The notes beneath the pieces are model-generated. The model saw nothing but the letters and a program-made list of their open reading frames with translations, ran no database searches and was not told the DNA's origin. The position numbers and the translations under genes were made by a program. Below are positions 25,900 to 40,800 of a stretch of DNA of 64,000 nt, one piece after another; position 1 is the first letter of the stretch; every line of letters starts with the position of its first letter. This DNA comes from Antedon mediterranea. Taxonomy: Eukaryota > Animalia > Echinodermata. Location of the stretch: contig NC_092677.1 of the NCBI RefSeq assembly GCF_964355755.1, positions 15,956,101 through 16,020,100 of the forward strand, given 5' to 3'.

Positions 25900-28800
25900 A
25901 TGATGGCTGCAGCTATTGCTTCTTCCCAATCAGCGGGTAAGTGACGAATGACACATTTGTTCATCTATTTAATATGATTATTGACAAATTGAATCAGTTG
26001 TTGTGTTGCTGCATCTGATTTAGCCGAAGCTCCGTCAAATAATAAAAGTTGGAGAAGGTGTTATCGATGAACTTTTCTCAGGCTTATGAATGATGACTCT
26101 GTGTTATTCTTAGCACTGTCCCGCGGTCTTCAGTTGATGGTGGTGGTGTAGGCCTACAACAGAAGATAAGCCTAGATGATTAGCCTAGCCGGGAAATTTG
26201 TTTCAACGCAACTACTAAACTAAAATAGGCCCACGTTTTTGCAATTTGATGTGTTTTTAATGACTCTGCCTTGAATGGATATTACGTTTCCTGTTTATTG
26301 ATTATTGACAACTTTTTTGTTGTTAAAAGATCAATACTATTGATTTGTATTGATTATTATTGTAATGTATGTATGGTGCAATCATGATTTATTATACTGT
26401 ATGTTGTTTATAGATATTACGGTTTGTGTAAACTAAAATTAGAATTTTCAATCTCAGGAGGTCAAAAACAGTAGGTGCCACATATTTCAGTGTTATTTGG
26501 GATGATGCAGATTTTTGAACAATATAGTTGTTACATCAAGCTGGCTTGACTACAACTTAATAGAGCTTAGCAACTTTTAATTTGGATCTTACATTCTGAA
26601 TATGCTGACATTGCAAAACTAACATCATTTTATTGTTCATATAACTGACTAGATGGAAAATATTTTTTTGCGGAAAATTCTAATATTTATTTTTGTTTGA
26701 ATGTTCAATAATGTTTTGTCTTGACGGAGTCTGCTCCTCTGGGGGGAAGAGTAGCGGTGTGTTAGCAAAAGCTAAAAACTTGAAGTACAATAACATAATG
26801 AAGCAGAGTTGGAGTCAGCAAGCGTTGTTAGCAGGTAGATGTCCCCAGAACGAACACTCACAAATGCAAGTTTCAATGGATTGCCATATACCATGTACAT
26901 GTACGATAACAACTTGGAATTAATTATTTTAATGCATTGTGGTAATCATTCAACAAGATCTCATATTAATGAATTGTGTCAGATGATTTTTCACAGGGGT
27001 GACTTAGGTCACACGCTCCCTCTCCCCCTGACAGCTAAATGCTCTCTTGGTTCTGTCCCTGCTGTACAGGGTGGGTAAAGGGCGTATGAGGTGTCCTCAA
27101 CCTGTGTTTATCTTTCATAAGGGAGAAATAGCTCTATCTGCTTTCTCATACTATTATCATAAATTATGACATTAATTAATTATTATTTTTAAAAATATAA
27201 TGATTTTGTTAATGTTTTTATTTTAGTGTTTCGACTGGGTCTGATTCAGTTGGCTGTTACGGCAAACAAAGCAGATAATGTTAAGAATGCTGTGTGTCGT
27301 ATTGCTGATGCTGCAAAAAACGGTGCCAAAATAGTAGCACTACCAGTAAGTTTCCACATCATTGAGTTTTAAAATAAATCAATAATCAAATTCTACTTTA
27401 GGCCAGATACAAAATACCCATAAGCATACATTTCTGAATAAAATGCAGGGAAAGTTTTTTTTATTTTTATTTTATTAAAGTACTATATTTTTTTTAATAC
27501 AGTTATTTATTAAAAATCATCTGACACCACTCTTTAAAACATAAAGAAATGAGTCATTACATACAATACATTTTCAACTTCAAGTACCTGTTCAGACTCC
27601 GAATTCTAAGCAAAGTGAAATTGTATGATTGAACAGTGAGTATGAACGTCCTCGCTTGACCAGATAACCCAATTCGTGCGCTGACGTGAAAGCTCGCGAT
27701 ATTTTTCTAAGGGAGCCGGATCAAATATAGATGCGATGTGAAAGTAGCTTGAATGTGTTACATGTGTTTTTTTTTAAAGGAATGTTTTAATTGCCCATAT
27801 GGTACCAGCTACTTTGCAGATTATGCTGAGAGAATTCCAGGGGATACTAGTCGAGCACTTGCAAATGCAGCCAAAGAAAACAAAGTATATTTAGTTGGAG
27901 GTAAGTGATTCATTATTATTAATACTTCATCATCATTATTGACATCATTATTATTATTGACACCATTATCATTGAAATCATAATCATTATTATGATGACA
28001 TCATCATCAACATCATCATTGACATCATAATCATTATTGACATCATCATCATTATCATCACCTTCATCATCTTATACAGTTTGCTTTCACTCTGGAAGCT
28101 GGAAACAACGTCTGTTATTTTGTTTATGATTTTAATTTATTAAGGGCAATCTAAAAAAAAAAAGTGGTTTCTTGCTTCTGCGACTCCAAACTTGAACGTA
28201 TGAAAATAATTAAATGAATAAACATTGTGATTATATCCAAAATACATTAATTAGCCAAATACAAAACTAACTTTCTACTAGAATAATATTAAACAAATCT
28301 AAATGAGACTTTATAATCAAAATTCTGCTTTAGTTTTAGGCTTTTTATTTCTTTTTAAACGCACTGTATTTATTCGATCATTTTACTAATCTCCCCTTAT
28401 CTAGATCATAAAGCTATACAGTCTAACCTTGTACAACAAAGAGCCTATATTATTATTAATTGGTTTTTTGGTGTGTTCTCAACTCAGAGAGCCTTTTCAT
28501 TTTCAGAATTTCCTATAGAATTTTTTATTTTGTACACTTGGTTTAAAGTAATGACATGTTATATTTTCATTAAGAAATTCATAAGAACTGTCTGCGCTCA
28601 CCAAAACTTAACCAGTGAAACTAAATATGCGAACATTACGTAAATTATTCATTGCAAAACTAACATTGTTGATGGAACTACATGGTCGATTACCGAATGA
28701 AAATATATGCAATCGATTTTATTCCTGATAAATATTTGATACTACAGATATTAGTTTCACTCAATTAGATTTTTAACCGGCAGACTTGATATTATTACGC

Positions 28801-31800
28801 TTGCTTTGAATGCGGAAACGTTTCAGTAGTTTCTGATAGCACTTATGGGTGCTGACATTCACTGTTATCAAGATCAAGTCAAGTTTTACAGTATAACCTC
28901 TTGAATATTTCAGAGGAAAGTGTAGAGGTTTGAAAAGCTTTTGTCAGTCAGTGAGTGTTCAAACAAATTGATGCAAGCATTTTTAATGAACAAAAAACCC
29001 ATGTTTTATAATTAATTTTTACAATCCCTTGACAACTACCCCTTAACATTTCTGCAACCCAATGGACTGGGAGAGTAAGTTGTCATTTTGCAGGGCAATA
29101 GCCAGCCTTTCAATTTTCACCACCCACCTATATATCCCAGCAGAGATTGTCATATTTTATATTAATAATTATATTTAAAGCATCTTTGCCTCATTTGTTT
29201 TTAACCTCTCGATACGGCCTTGCATTGAGGATAGTTGTTCTAGAGTCGGTTGTCCTTAAAGTAATTATCCTAGTACTATTATACTATATTGAGCAGCACC
29301 GGGATTGTGACACTTAACCTTAACGTTGTAAAGAAATTTACCCACCAAACCCCAGTGCCATACCATACTGTACTTCATTGGCCTATTCAACAGAAGCATC
29401 TTGCTCTTTCATCAAATATGATGCATATCACTTTTGTAATGAGGCCTCATAATTACAATTCACCATTTGCATATTAAAAATAAATTACCTATTTGTCTAC
29501 TAAACTATATAAATTAAAGCAAAACAAGAACGTTTAATATACATCATTAAAACAGCATTTTAAATCCGTAAATTGTGTTGTTCTATTTGTTGACCCAATT
29601 ATAATAATTGCAACACAGTTATATTATAAACCTAGTTGCATAAAAAAAAACTAGACCTTTGTGACATAACAACCTCTTAACAGGTTATGCTAGGTATGTT
29701 GCGGATCACCTCTTGTAGAGTACATCACAGGGAGCTTGACATCTTATTAGTAGCATGGTAATGAGATGAGAAATCTAAAAATATTGTTGCCGTTGTATTA
29801 AGTGGAAGATATCTTTCAACGTATATACATTTGGGAGAGAATATTTGCTTTTAGCAAGCTGTACACACATACAACAAAAACAAAATTTAATTAACGTACT
29901 TTACTATACATACATACACTGATGATCGATATAGGATTGTTGTCTCCCTTAAAGCTGTTATTCCCCTGGACCGTTGTTTCTTATTTTGTTGTTGTTCCTC
30001 CTAGAGCTGTTGTTCCCCCTGAAACTGCTGTTTCCTCTGGGCTGTTGTTCCCCTGGGTTGCTGTTCCAGCTGAGTTGCTATTACCCCTGGGTTGTTGTTC
30101 CCTCTGGGTTGTTGTTACGCCTGGGATGTTGTTCCGCCTGTGATGTTGTTCCGCCTGGGATGTTGTTCCGCCTGGGATGTTGTTCCCCCTGGGCTGTTGT
30201 TCTCCCTGGGATGTTGTTCACCCTGGGATGTTTTTCCGCCTGGGATGTTGTTCCCCATTGAAGCGTATCTTTCAACAAATGCTTTTGAGATGGAATAGCA
30301 ATCTATCGGAAGTATAGATACACATTATTTAAACAGAAGTTCAATTTTATTTTTGCACCAATAGATTAAGATCTATGTCCTTCTCTAATCCTTTCAACAC
30401 ACTTTCATGTGTTGACAGAAGTAGTACATAATAAACAACACGTCGGGCCAACTTTATATATATATTTAAAAGGTTTTCTTCAATTTAAAATAATTAAAAT
30501 GTACAGACACTTTTAATGTGACACATCTCTGTGTTTAAATAATATTGATTTTTCTAGTATTTTTAATGTTTTTGTGCTGAAAATTTCTTGTCTATTTTAG
30601 ATGAACTTAATTATATTGCTGAAATAATGTTTATTATCATTTTACGGTTAACCAGCTCTTTTGTGATAAATATGAGTACAGTATGATTTCAGTTTCTTTC
30701 GATTTTGTGTATCTTAATACGTTTTATAGAATCTTTCATAAAATGTTTATTAATGAACAATTTTGAATGTCAAATATATTTAAATTGTTAAAACTAATTG
30801 AAAAAAAAAAATGTTTTTCATCATGTATTTCATTAATTGTATATACTGTGAATTTGAGGATACAAACAATCATTTTCAAAATTGTGATAGATAGATTTAA
30901 AGAATAATTAGAACGATGTCGCATTGATTTTTACAATTTCGACAAAATACATTAATTTATGATTCAAACTATATTTTTTTTGTAGCAATAACAATTCTGC
31001 TCTTATAACTCGCCATATAATTTATTATACAATATTAATTGAAAACACGAAATACAATAAAATATTCACTAAACAAAAATTGAAATATCAGTGCAGATTG
31101 CAGATACTTACTAATTGAGTTAATAGCTATATCAAAGATTTTAGAACGGTGTCAAATACATTGACTTTGTCGAATATCAAACGCAATTAAATCTTAATTC
31201 TGGTTATAGTACATAGACTTTGAACAGCTGGGAGATAGATGGGGAGATACTAAAGCCGATTTTCCACTAAGCGAATTTGTTCGCCCGAATCGAAGGCGTC
31301 AGCTAATAAGCATGCGTAGAGAAGGATGTGGAAGATGTAAACATGAATACACATGCGTACAAGCTGGCGCTTTCGATTCGCGCGAACAAATTCGCCTAGT
31401 GGAAAATCGGCTTAACTGTCAATAAATCCATAACTGTAGGCTTGTATAGCACCATGCATTAGTTGTAGCCTATACAAATCAATAGACAATGGTGTTTATC
31501 ATTAATTTTTTTAAAGTAGTGATAAATGACAAATAGAAAAAAAAGGACAAAATTTACCTTTGATTTTAGAAAGCATGTCAAATGATTTAACAATAAACCA
31601 ATAAGCAATAATAAGCCTACAGTATGCACTCAATATTTATTTTATCAATTCGCAAATTAAGGGGATACAATATAGACTGTTTTCCTATTATTATTATTAT
31701 TTCAAGTTTTACATATAAGGATAGGGCTAACTAGATGTTTAATTATTAATGATGTATTGTCTCAAAAACATAAAAAAAATGAAGATTTAATATTCAAATT

Positions 31801-34800
31801 AGACTAAAATCAGTCATTGGAGAAATGTTTTCACTTATAAAAAGACAAAATAAATGGTTAAAATGAACTAAAAACCCATTGCCAGTCAATTCACTATTTT
31901 AAAAATTACCGCTTTTCATGTAATACTTTTTTTTTCAATTAAATTTTTGGTCAAAGTTATTACTATTACACTTTGGTATGATCATTTTTATATAGGCAAA
32001 AATATATTTAAATGTGTTATAATGTATGCTTTGCTAAAAGAAAATATATAAAATAAAGAAATTTTAATCAAGATAATCATGGCTCTCAAACATTGTCATG
32101 GGAATAAAAATAAATTTAGTAATTAGCTACTACATTATTGCAATATATTAATTCCTAAAAACCTAATAAAAATTCAATCAAAAGATATTGAATTCCTACA
32201 TACATGTCAAGAAATCAAACTGCTTATCAAAATAAATAGCTTTTACTGATCAATGCATTACCTTTGCCATTAACTTCCTAAAAAATCATTTCTGTGAAAT
32301 AAAGTATAGATCACTTGCCAATTTATTAGAAATTATCCACAGTAATAAGAATTACTGACTGCATTCTTAAAGATATATATTGTCCCATTGAAAAAAAAGT
32401 TTTGTTGGTGAATATGCCATTTTAATAATGTCACATAATTGTTTTTTACTTTGACTAAAATTGGATAAAAAAATTAATTATTTACCTGAAAAAAAACAAA
32501 ACAAAAAAAAGTCAATTTTTTGTTGGATTTAACTATTTATTTTGTAATTTTATAAGTGATAACATTATTTTTCGTAGTGTGTTTGTCTGCGAATGTAATT
32601 AACTGTTTTTAAACTATAAAGTCTGATTTTATTAATCATAATTTGTCATGTTGTTTTTGGTGGACAATACATCTATAATTCTTGCGTTATGTCCTAGTGG
32701 GAACGAAGCTATAAGAGAGTCTCCCCAATGTCCATACTGTAGTTTTATGAGAGGTGTACTCTTTGGATGGAAAAAGACATTTATTATTTTATACCCGTGG
32801 TATGAAAAAGAGATGAGATATTGTACAGTGAATACGCCAACATTTATTACTGACTTTATTATATTATACAGGTTCGATACCAGAAAGAGAAAATGGCAAA
32901 TTATATAACACATGTACTGTATTTAGTCCAGAAGGTAGCCTAATTGGAAAGTATCGTAAGGTGAGTTTTGACATTGTATATTTTCTAAATTGCAGATAAA
33001 TGATTTATACTTATTTCCTTCCATAGAGAGAATCGCAGACAAACTTCAGAACAAAAGTTTTTGCACAAATAAAAGTATGGAAATAATGATAATGACTTAA
33101 AGGCAAATTTATAGATTAATACAAGCATTTTATGAGATTTTAACCTACACCTGCTTTTTTTGTCTTTTGTGGGATCATCCTTTTTTAATTTTATCAAATC
33201 ATCCTTTTTTCGTTAAAATACATTCATTTATATACAAAAGGTTGTCACAGAAATTACTACAGAAAGTAAACAACATAATCAAAATGTTTCAAAATAAAAA
33301 TGATTACTGTAATACACATCTTTTGAACTTGAAAGACTTTTTACAATTTAAGCAATAAATATTTCTTTACGTTAATTTTTTCCATCATTTCTTTAAAGAC
33401 CACCATGTGATAGTTAGAAAATGTGTTTCTAAAATTTTTAAAGATAGTCCTTTAAAACTATACCTACTGTATGCCGATAAAAATGGACAGGGTGTACAGT
33501 TTTTGTACTGACTGCTGTAAATGCAGGAAGATTTGTATGTGAACTACATTGTGAATATTATAGGCAATGTCATCTTAATAGAGAGGTTTCGCAATCTTAC
33601 GAATACGATAACGAAAACGGATACGTCACGCACACGTATTCGTTTTCGTAAGCCATAAAAAAATCTGTTTCGCATGGCAACGAAATATTGAGGCGCGGCC
33701 AAAATATGACTGCGGTAAATTTGAGCAAAGCGCAGGTACGTGTTGCTTGGTGCTTGGCTGCCTAGGCCTAGCGTAACATCAAAGCGAGTGAGGACTGAAA
33801 AACTGCTATTTATCAAAATTGACTTGGTATTTTAGTAAATTACTTTAGTAAATTACTTTCAATAAATCTATAATTATATTATAATCATGAATCATTCCTG
33901 ATTCAAATGCAAAATGTTCAAAATAGATCAAAAACTATACTCGTTTTGTAGTTACGAATATGACTGGTGATATTCGTCAACACGAATACGCTTTACGAAT
34001 ATGAAATGGGGATCAGCTCAAAAGTTTCACAAATGTATGACGTTTTCGTTATCGTATTCGTAAGGTTGCGAAACCTCCCTAATATCTAGACAACTACTGT
34101 ATGTGAATCTTAATGGCTATATTCACACTAATTATTGTTTAATTACAATGAAATGTGATAACCGCTGCACTTGTGGTTATTGGTTGATATTTGTTCCCTG
34201 TGGGTTAAAACGTTAAGAAACCAGAACACACGCAATGTAGAGGTTATTACCGAAGGGAAGTAAGATCCAGCAAGAATAATTGCTTAGAATTAATTTGAAG
34301 TGACGAGTGGAGTTAAAATAAACCTGTTTCCATGCTGGATATAATCTTCCACTATTTTCAAATTATTTGTATTTTTATTTCATTTTTTATTGTGGTGTAC
34401 TGTAATTATTTTTTTTTCTTTTTGTAGTTTTGTATTTTATTTTTTCTTTGAACAATTAGGACAAATTTCAAACACTGTTAATGAGTTAAATTGAATAATT
34501 TGTGGTTGTTAGTTAGTAATAGGCACTAGCCCATCCCTCCCCACCTCCTATTCCCATAATATATCTTTCTGTTAGTCTGTGTCTACTCTATAAAACTTTA
34601 TGTGACCAAAACAAAATTGATGTGCCCATATGAACACTATGATGTCATATCACTACCATATTTGGGCACATCACACTTTTGGTCAATAGTTTGATAGTGG
34701 AGACAGAGCTTTAGAAGAAAGCAAAAATGGTTGTGGAAGAGACTTCAATGTAAAAGGTTTTTACTTGAGCGTTGCATATTATTTTCTTCCTATGCATAGC

Positions 34801-37800
34801 CACATGCTATTGAATATTTTCTAGGTTTATGTCATGTTAACAGAAGCCTCTGGGGTTTATATACTTACTCCAAAGGTAGTTAATGATTATTATGACAAAG
34901 GAAATCAAAGAAATGCAATTTAACATTGTTGTAATCCTATATGAACAATATTGTTTATTACACTATAAAAGCTGCGTATGGAATAAGCGACTCTTGTGTT
35001 AAAATTAAGTTTGGCCAAAAAGAAAAGGTTATGTTGTTGTAACAGGCCCAACAATATAGGCATAGGTAGGTAATTTTGTTTTCAAGAAAAGGAATAAAAG
35101 AAATATTGAACCATTGTAATCATGTTTCAATCAGTCTTTTAAAGTATGTTAAATGTTTTTTTTTGTTCTTTTTAATCTAGATTTGTTTTTCTTTAAAATA
35201 AATACAAATGTGTAGGGTACATGGCATGTTTTAACCCTTTTGTAAAAATCCTAACTACGTGCTTGCATAAACTGTTGTTTATTGAATTGACTGACTCAAA
35301 CTTTTACATAGATGCAACCTAATATCATATGTTGTTGCATTAAAAACATATAGTTAACTGCAATAGAATAATTTAGATATGATAGTACATACTTTTGATT
35401 TATAGTATGATACGCGATTTCTGTTTATTTCAGATGCATCTGTTTGACATCAATGTTCCCGGTAGAATAACATTTAAAGAATCTGAGGTACTTTCAGCTG
35501 GAAATAACTTTTTAACATTTGATACACGTAAGTTTTTACAGGGATTTTTTTTTCTGAATTTCAAACAGTTGTTTTTGTTTTGTTTTTAACCTAACATCAT
35601 ATTCCTTCATAGGCTATGTGATATTTAGGTATGCACACAGTGTTAAACAACTTTATGATTTGTAATATTAAGAATATATTAATAGATTTTAATAGCACAG
35701 TCATAAACCATTAAATGAATGTTAGAGGCAAAATAAAACATTATAGCGTATTAAAAAATAAGCATTAAACTGAGTCAGCACTTAAAAGCTCTTGTGCTTA
35801 TTGTGTTGTGATATTATTTTGAAAAGCACTATGCATATATCTTTATAAACATCTTCAATATTTTAAATTATTTAACAATACTGTATTTATTTATATAAAT
35901 AATGACTGTTTATGAGTTGAATGGTTAGAATATTTCATGATTTAAAAGAATGACTGCAAAGTTAAATAGAGGATTCAATCTTTCTAGGAACGAAATATTC
36001 AATCCATTTCCAAATAAACTGACTGTTAATCAATTGTATGTTATTTAAAGTCTGGCTGTTGCTAATAGTAATAGGCATATATTTAAGAAATGTCAATAGG
36101 AAACCATTAAAGATGTTTTTAAACTCATATTCCCTTGTCATTCGGGGGTGGTACATTGAGCCTTTGGTCTTGTGGACATAGATGCACAATAAAAGATGTT
36201 TTTAAACTCACATTCTCTTGTCCTTCGGATGGTACCTTTAGCCATTGGTCTTGTGTACATAGATGCACAAAAAAGTAACTACTTCAATTTCATTGTTTTT
36301 CCATAATTCTTTTTGGAAAACTACTACTACTACTACTCTTTTCGAAAGATGCACTATGTTCTGTTAATGCACACTCAGTTTATTTGAGAATTGACTTGTT
36401 CTACCATAAGAAATACATACGGTATGGCAGAAAAGTGAACAACATTTTTAGTGCTGATATTATGACTGTGGGATATGATACCCCTGTCTTCTACTCAATC
36501 AATCAACTTGTTTGACAATAAATAGCAATTTTTTCTTTCCATAATTACTGTACAAATACATGAATTTTATTTGATTTCAGCTTTTTGCAGGGTTGGAGTT
36601 GGTATATGTTATGACATGCGATTTGCAGAGATGGCTCAAATATATTGCAAAGAGGGTAAAGTTAAACATATTTATTATTGCTTTTTAAAAACACAATAAA
36701 CTATTTTAGTTACTGCAGTAACTATATTTCACTAGGCGTCATCTCCACTAAATATCGGACGAAGTGTATCGCGTCTAAAAATAGCAGTCCGTCTGCACGC
36801 GACCGTAAATTAATTTATCTCATTAAATTCTAATTTACATCATGAGGATTCCAGTTGTAGCCCAGCCCTTCAATACCGACACAGAAACTTGCGACCGGTC
36901 GCTTCTGTACGTTGAACGATTTATCGAACTCTGGTGCGTCGCCTTGCGTCCGCTTTCGACTGTTGTGTGTTGTGTGATGTCACCGGGTAGCCAGGCAGTC
37001 GCGAAACTAGGCTACTTCGATCGTCCGTTCGGGGAACGCGAGGTGTCCCTTTGTACAAATGGTTCAACACTGGGTCCGGCTCCTTGCGGTTTACGCGTCA
37101 TATATCATGTTCCATCCAGGGACCAAAATACGTAGTTACTTTCCAGACGAAGTTTACCGACGCGTACCTCGTGTACTTTGTATGTACGCTACACAGCAAA
37201 AGAGTACACACATTTACGATTAACCCTCTCTGTACAGTGGGGTACACCTACAATAAATGTTGTATTACAGGCCTACTGTATAGGCCTACATTTTGTATGA
37301 CAATTGAACCAGATCGCCAAATTCCTCAATAAAAAGTTATATTTAGAGACAAGTTAAATAATATTCTTCGGTTTGTGTCAGCATTCTATAAAGAGTGATT
37401 TGACCTTTTGATCACGCACCATCGTGTATAAAACAAATAATTAGTAATAATAGTAAGTAAGTAATAATAACATGGCTATAAACTTCGATTTACTTCGTCC
37501 GGTCGCGATAGTATGCGTGTACTATAGAATGTAGATCATGTGATAATAAATTCGGTCAACACGCTGCGTCTGCTCCCGACTACCTTCGCCGGTTTGCGAC
37601 CTGTTTGTGTACGTACGGCGTATCAAAAATGTCATATTTTTGTATGGAGACTCCATGGTCTTCCGTAATATCTTGTTTTTATGTGAATATAAATTGTATT
37701 TTTGTGATGCCTTTTCTGATTTTTTTTTTTGCCATTCGCCTTTATAAAACAAACATTCATTAACATTATTAAAAATAGTAAACCTTTATTTTGTTAACGC

Positions 37801-40800
37801 ATGGAATATTCTTTACTCCATGGTTAACGTATGACGGATAAATGACACAAGCGTTTTATTAATTTTGTAGTGTGGGATAGCAATTCTAATTACAGTATTA
37901 ACCTTTTGTATTATAATCCTTTTGTATTTCGACACGGTTTATATGAAGCTATTTGACACAGCTGTTAAATTGTTAATTTCAGAAGCCATTGAATTTTCGC
38001 TTAATTGCCTTGGCTTTTGTTACTGACTGCTTTTTTTTAATATACATCCTTGTCTAATAAGTTGTTCATTATGTACACCTGTTCATGATTGTATGTAGGC
38101 CTACTTGATGAAGTGATACTACAATAGGCATCACTGATGTTTATACTATAAACCTATACACACTTATATTAATAAATATCAATACCAGCACAGTTAAAAC
38201 AGCCTAAACATGAAACATAAATGTTTGTTTAAAATGTATAACTTGACTAGTCTATTTGGTAAATCATTGACTATACAACATTGGAACTAAAATAATTGTT
38301 TTTAACAATAACCCAAATAAAAGCAATGATTAATATCAGAATACGTTGTCTAATTGCCCGTACAATACTTTCCTGTAACTAATTACAAAGCGAGTAGAAC
38401 TACTTTTATAAAGTGAAAATAATACATATGCCATGAGCTATAATGGTTTGTCGGATACACACTCGTCCAACAAATATTTTACTTAACTGGTAGTAATTTT
38501 AATTAACTTTAGCAGCAGCAACATTACATTAACAATTAGCACACCATTACATCAATGCTAGAAAGTCGTTGTTTTTTTTTTGGCACAACACCAGACATCA
38601 ACGATTGATTATTCATTGTAATAATGTGTGATAATTCAAAAGACCTCACCACCATGCTCTGGTGACCCTTGCAACTCGTTGTGCCAAATATCATAATGTG
38701 AAAATTTGTCATTTTAGTGTCAGTATTTGTTTATCGATTTTTAGTCTTTCTTTTTTTGCTATGTGCCAAATTCTATGGTAATTTAATTATGTAATTTTTC
38801 ATTTCTTTTTTTTATATAATTTTAAAAAGTGGGTTATTCTGTAATCATGTTACAATTGTTGTCATTATTCTTACGCCCGTATTCTTAAACCGGACTTTAG
38901 TCGTAGTTCGAAGTTCGACTTGAAAAAGTCGTAGTTCGAGCTATTACTTCAAATTCGATTAAAAAATGAAGTAGTCGAAGTTTGCAGTTCGACTTAATGA
39001 AGTCGAGCTTTTAGTCGAGTTGCACACGTCTGGGTAACAAAGGCTATACATTGGCCAATGACAAGAGAGTATTTGAGGAGCAGACGAAATTTTGCGCATT
39101 GATATCACTTTCCATTTCTTACAACACTTTTTACGCATCAGGACTATATACATGAAAAATAATTTTAATCGTTAATTATTAGAACAATATCAGTATTAAT
39201 TTAACAGTGAAGTATATTTGATTAACAACAAAAAAAATCTTCAAAATATATTTAGGAACCATGGCGGTACGGTAACTTTTATATTTTCTAGGCCCCCAAC
39301 AAAGTATGATCGCGACGAACCACGCACTTCAAAGCGTGACAAGAAAGCGCTAGGCCCCCTAAACATTCCATCGCGTGGTGAATTGCCGCATCTCCCATTG
39401 TCGCTATGGCGTGACGTAGCTCAAGTCGGACTTGCGCGAAGAAAATAATGTAATTTGTATACAGTTGTAAATAAAGATGATTTTCATTATTATAACTTAT
39501 ACCAATGTATATTTAATTAAGCTAATATAAATATAGATATTTCATTCTTCAATATCTGGCCAATATAACAACTCAATAACTGTTACGTTTTTTATAAACA
39601 TCGTTTAAAAACCATTTAGTCGACCATTTAGCCTGCTCCCTCCAGGACTAAAAAAATCGATCAAAATCCGTCTCGATTTAGTCGAGGTTGGCCTGATTTA
39701 GTCGGTGATTTAGTTGAAGTTCGGTTTATGAATTAAAATGACGTCATTTTTTTAGTTTTAGCTCAAACTACGACTAAAGTCCGGTTTAAGAATACGGGCG
39801 TTAGTTGATGTACGTAACAATTTCAATCGAAATTGCAGTAGGCCAACAACAGACAATAATTTTTAGAAGTCGAATAAAGATCGCGAATGTTAAACTTGGT
39901 TCTGTAGGCTCGCTTCTATTGGCTGCAATTTATGGGAAACTCGCGGACCACAAATTATTTTCAAAATTCTCAGACATAGGCCTACGTCCAACAACGGTGG
40001 GAAATCAGCTGAGGTATATCTTAATCAGCATAAACTAAAATGTTACAAAAGATTACAGACAGATTCATTTCAAAGACATTATTATTTTGGTACAACATCT
40101 GCTACAAGATAAATAATACAACATTGTAGTGAATACGTACCGTACAATGTTTAAATTTGAATGTTACGTGTACACATAAATCTATTTTCCTTTAACTTAA
40201 GGGTCTTTTATCTGATTTGGAATGTAAAACCACCGAATTCATCTTATCAAGGATAATCTTTCTGAGACAGGCCTGCCTCTCTAAGTCTGATCCTAATTAA
40301 TGAAATCTTTATTTGTTTATATTGTTAATGCGGGTAGGGTGCATACTTTATTTTACTGTTAACATGATATCTAAGAAAATTAGTACTGTATGAGTATACC
40401 ACCCAACAAAAAATCAGCTTTGGAAAAGGCAGTTCTGACGACCTAAAGAGCCAAAAACGGTAGTCATACACACATTTTCCTGTAAATGATTGTAGTGAAT
40501 TTATCTTAGTTGGTTCCGAGCTTTCTCAGGCGTATATATTTCCACGCGACGTACACTGCTGTCACTGAATGATAACTCATACAAAAAGTATATTTAACTC
40601 AACTATAACTTTTATTCCTTGTAATTCGATTAATACATCTTTCTACCACTGTACCAGTCAAGCCTTATTTTCTTTATCATCTTTCCGTTTATCTACTCTG
40701 ATCTTATTCTCTCTTCTCCCTTAATATCTATTACATTCCACTTTTATACTGGATATGCAAATTTTAGGCTTCAGAGGAGGATAACATTTTCCCTCCAAAA

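Noticed and set aside
29922-30298. Overlapping ORFs on both strands
   Set aside because: Explained by the 17-bp minisatellite.
36105-36270. ~85-90-bp two-copy tandem duplication (a similar 30-bp one at 58211/58282)
   Set aside because: Ordinary local duplication with no sign of function.
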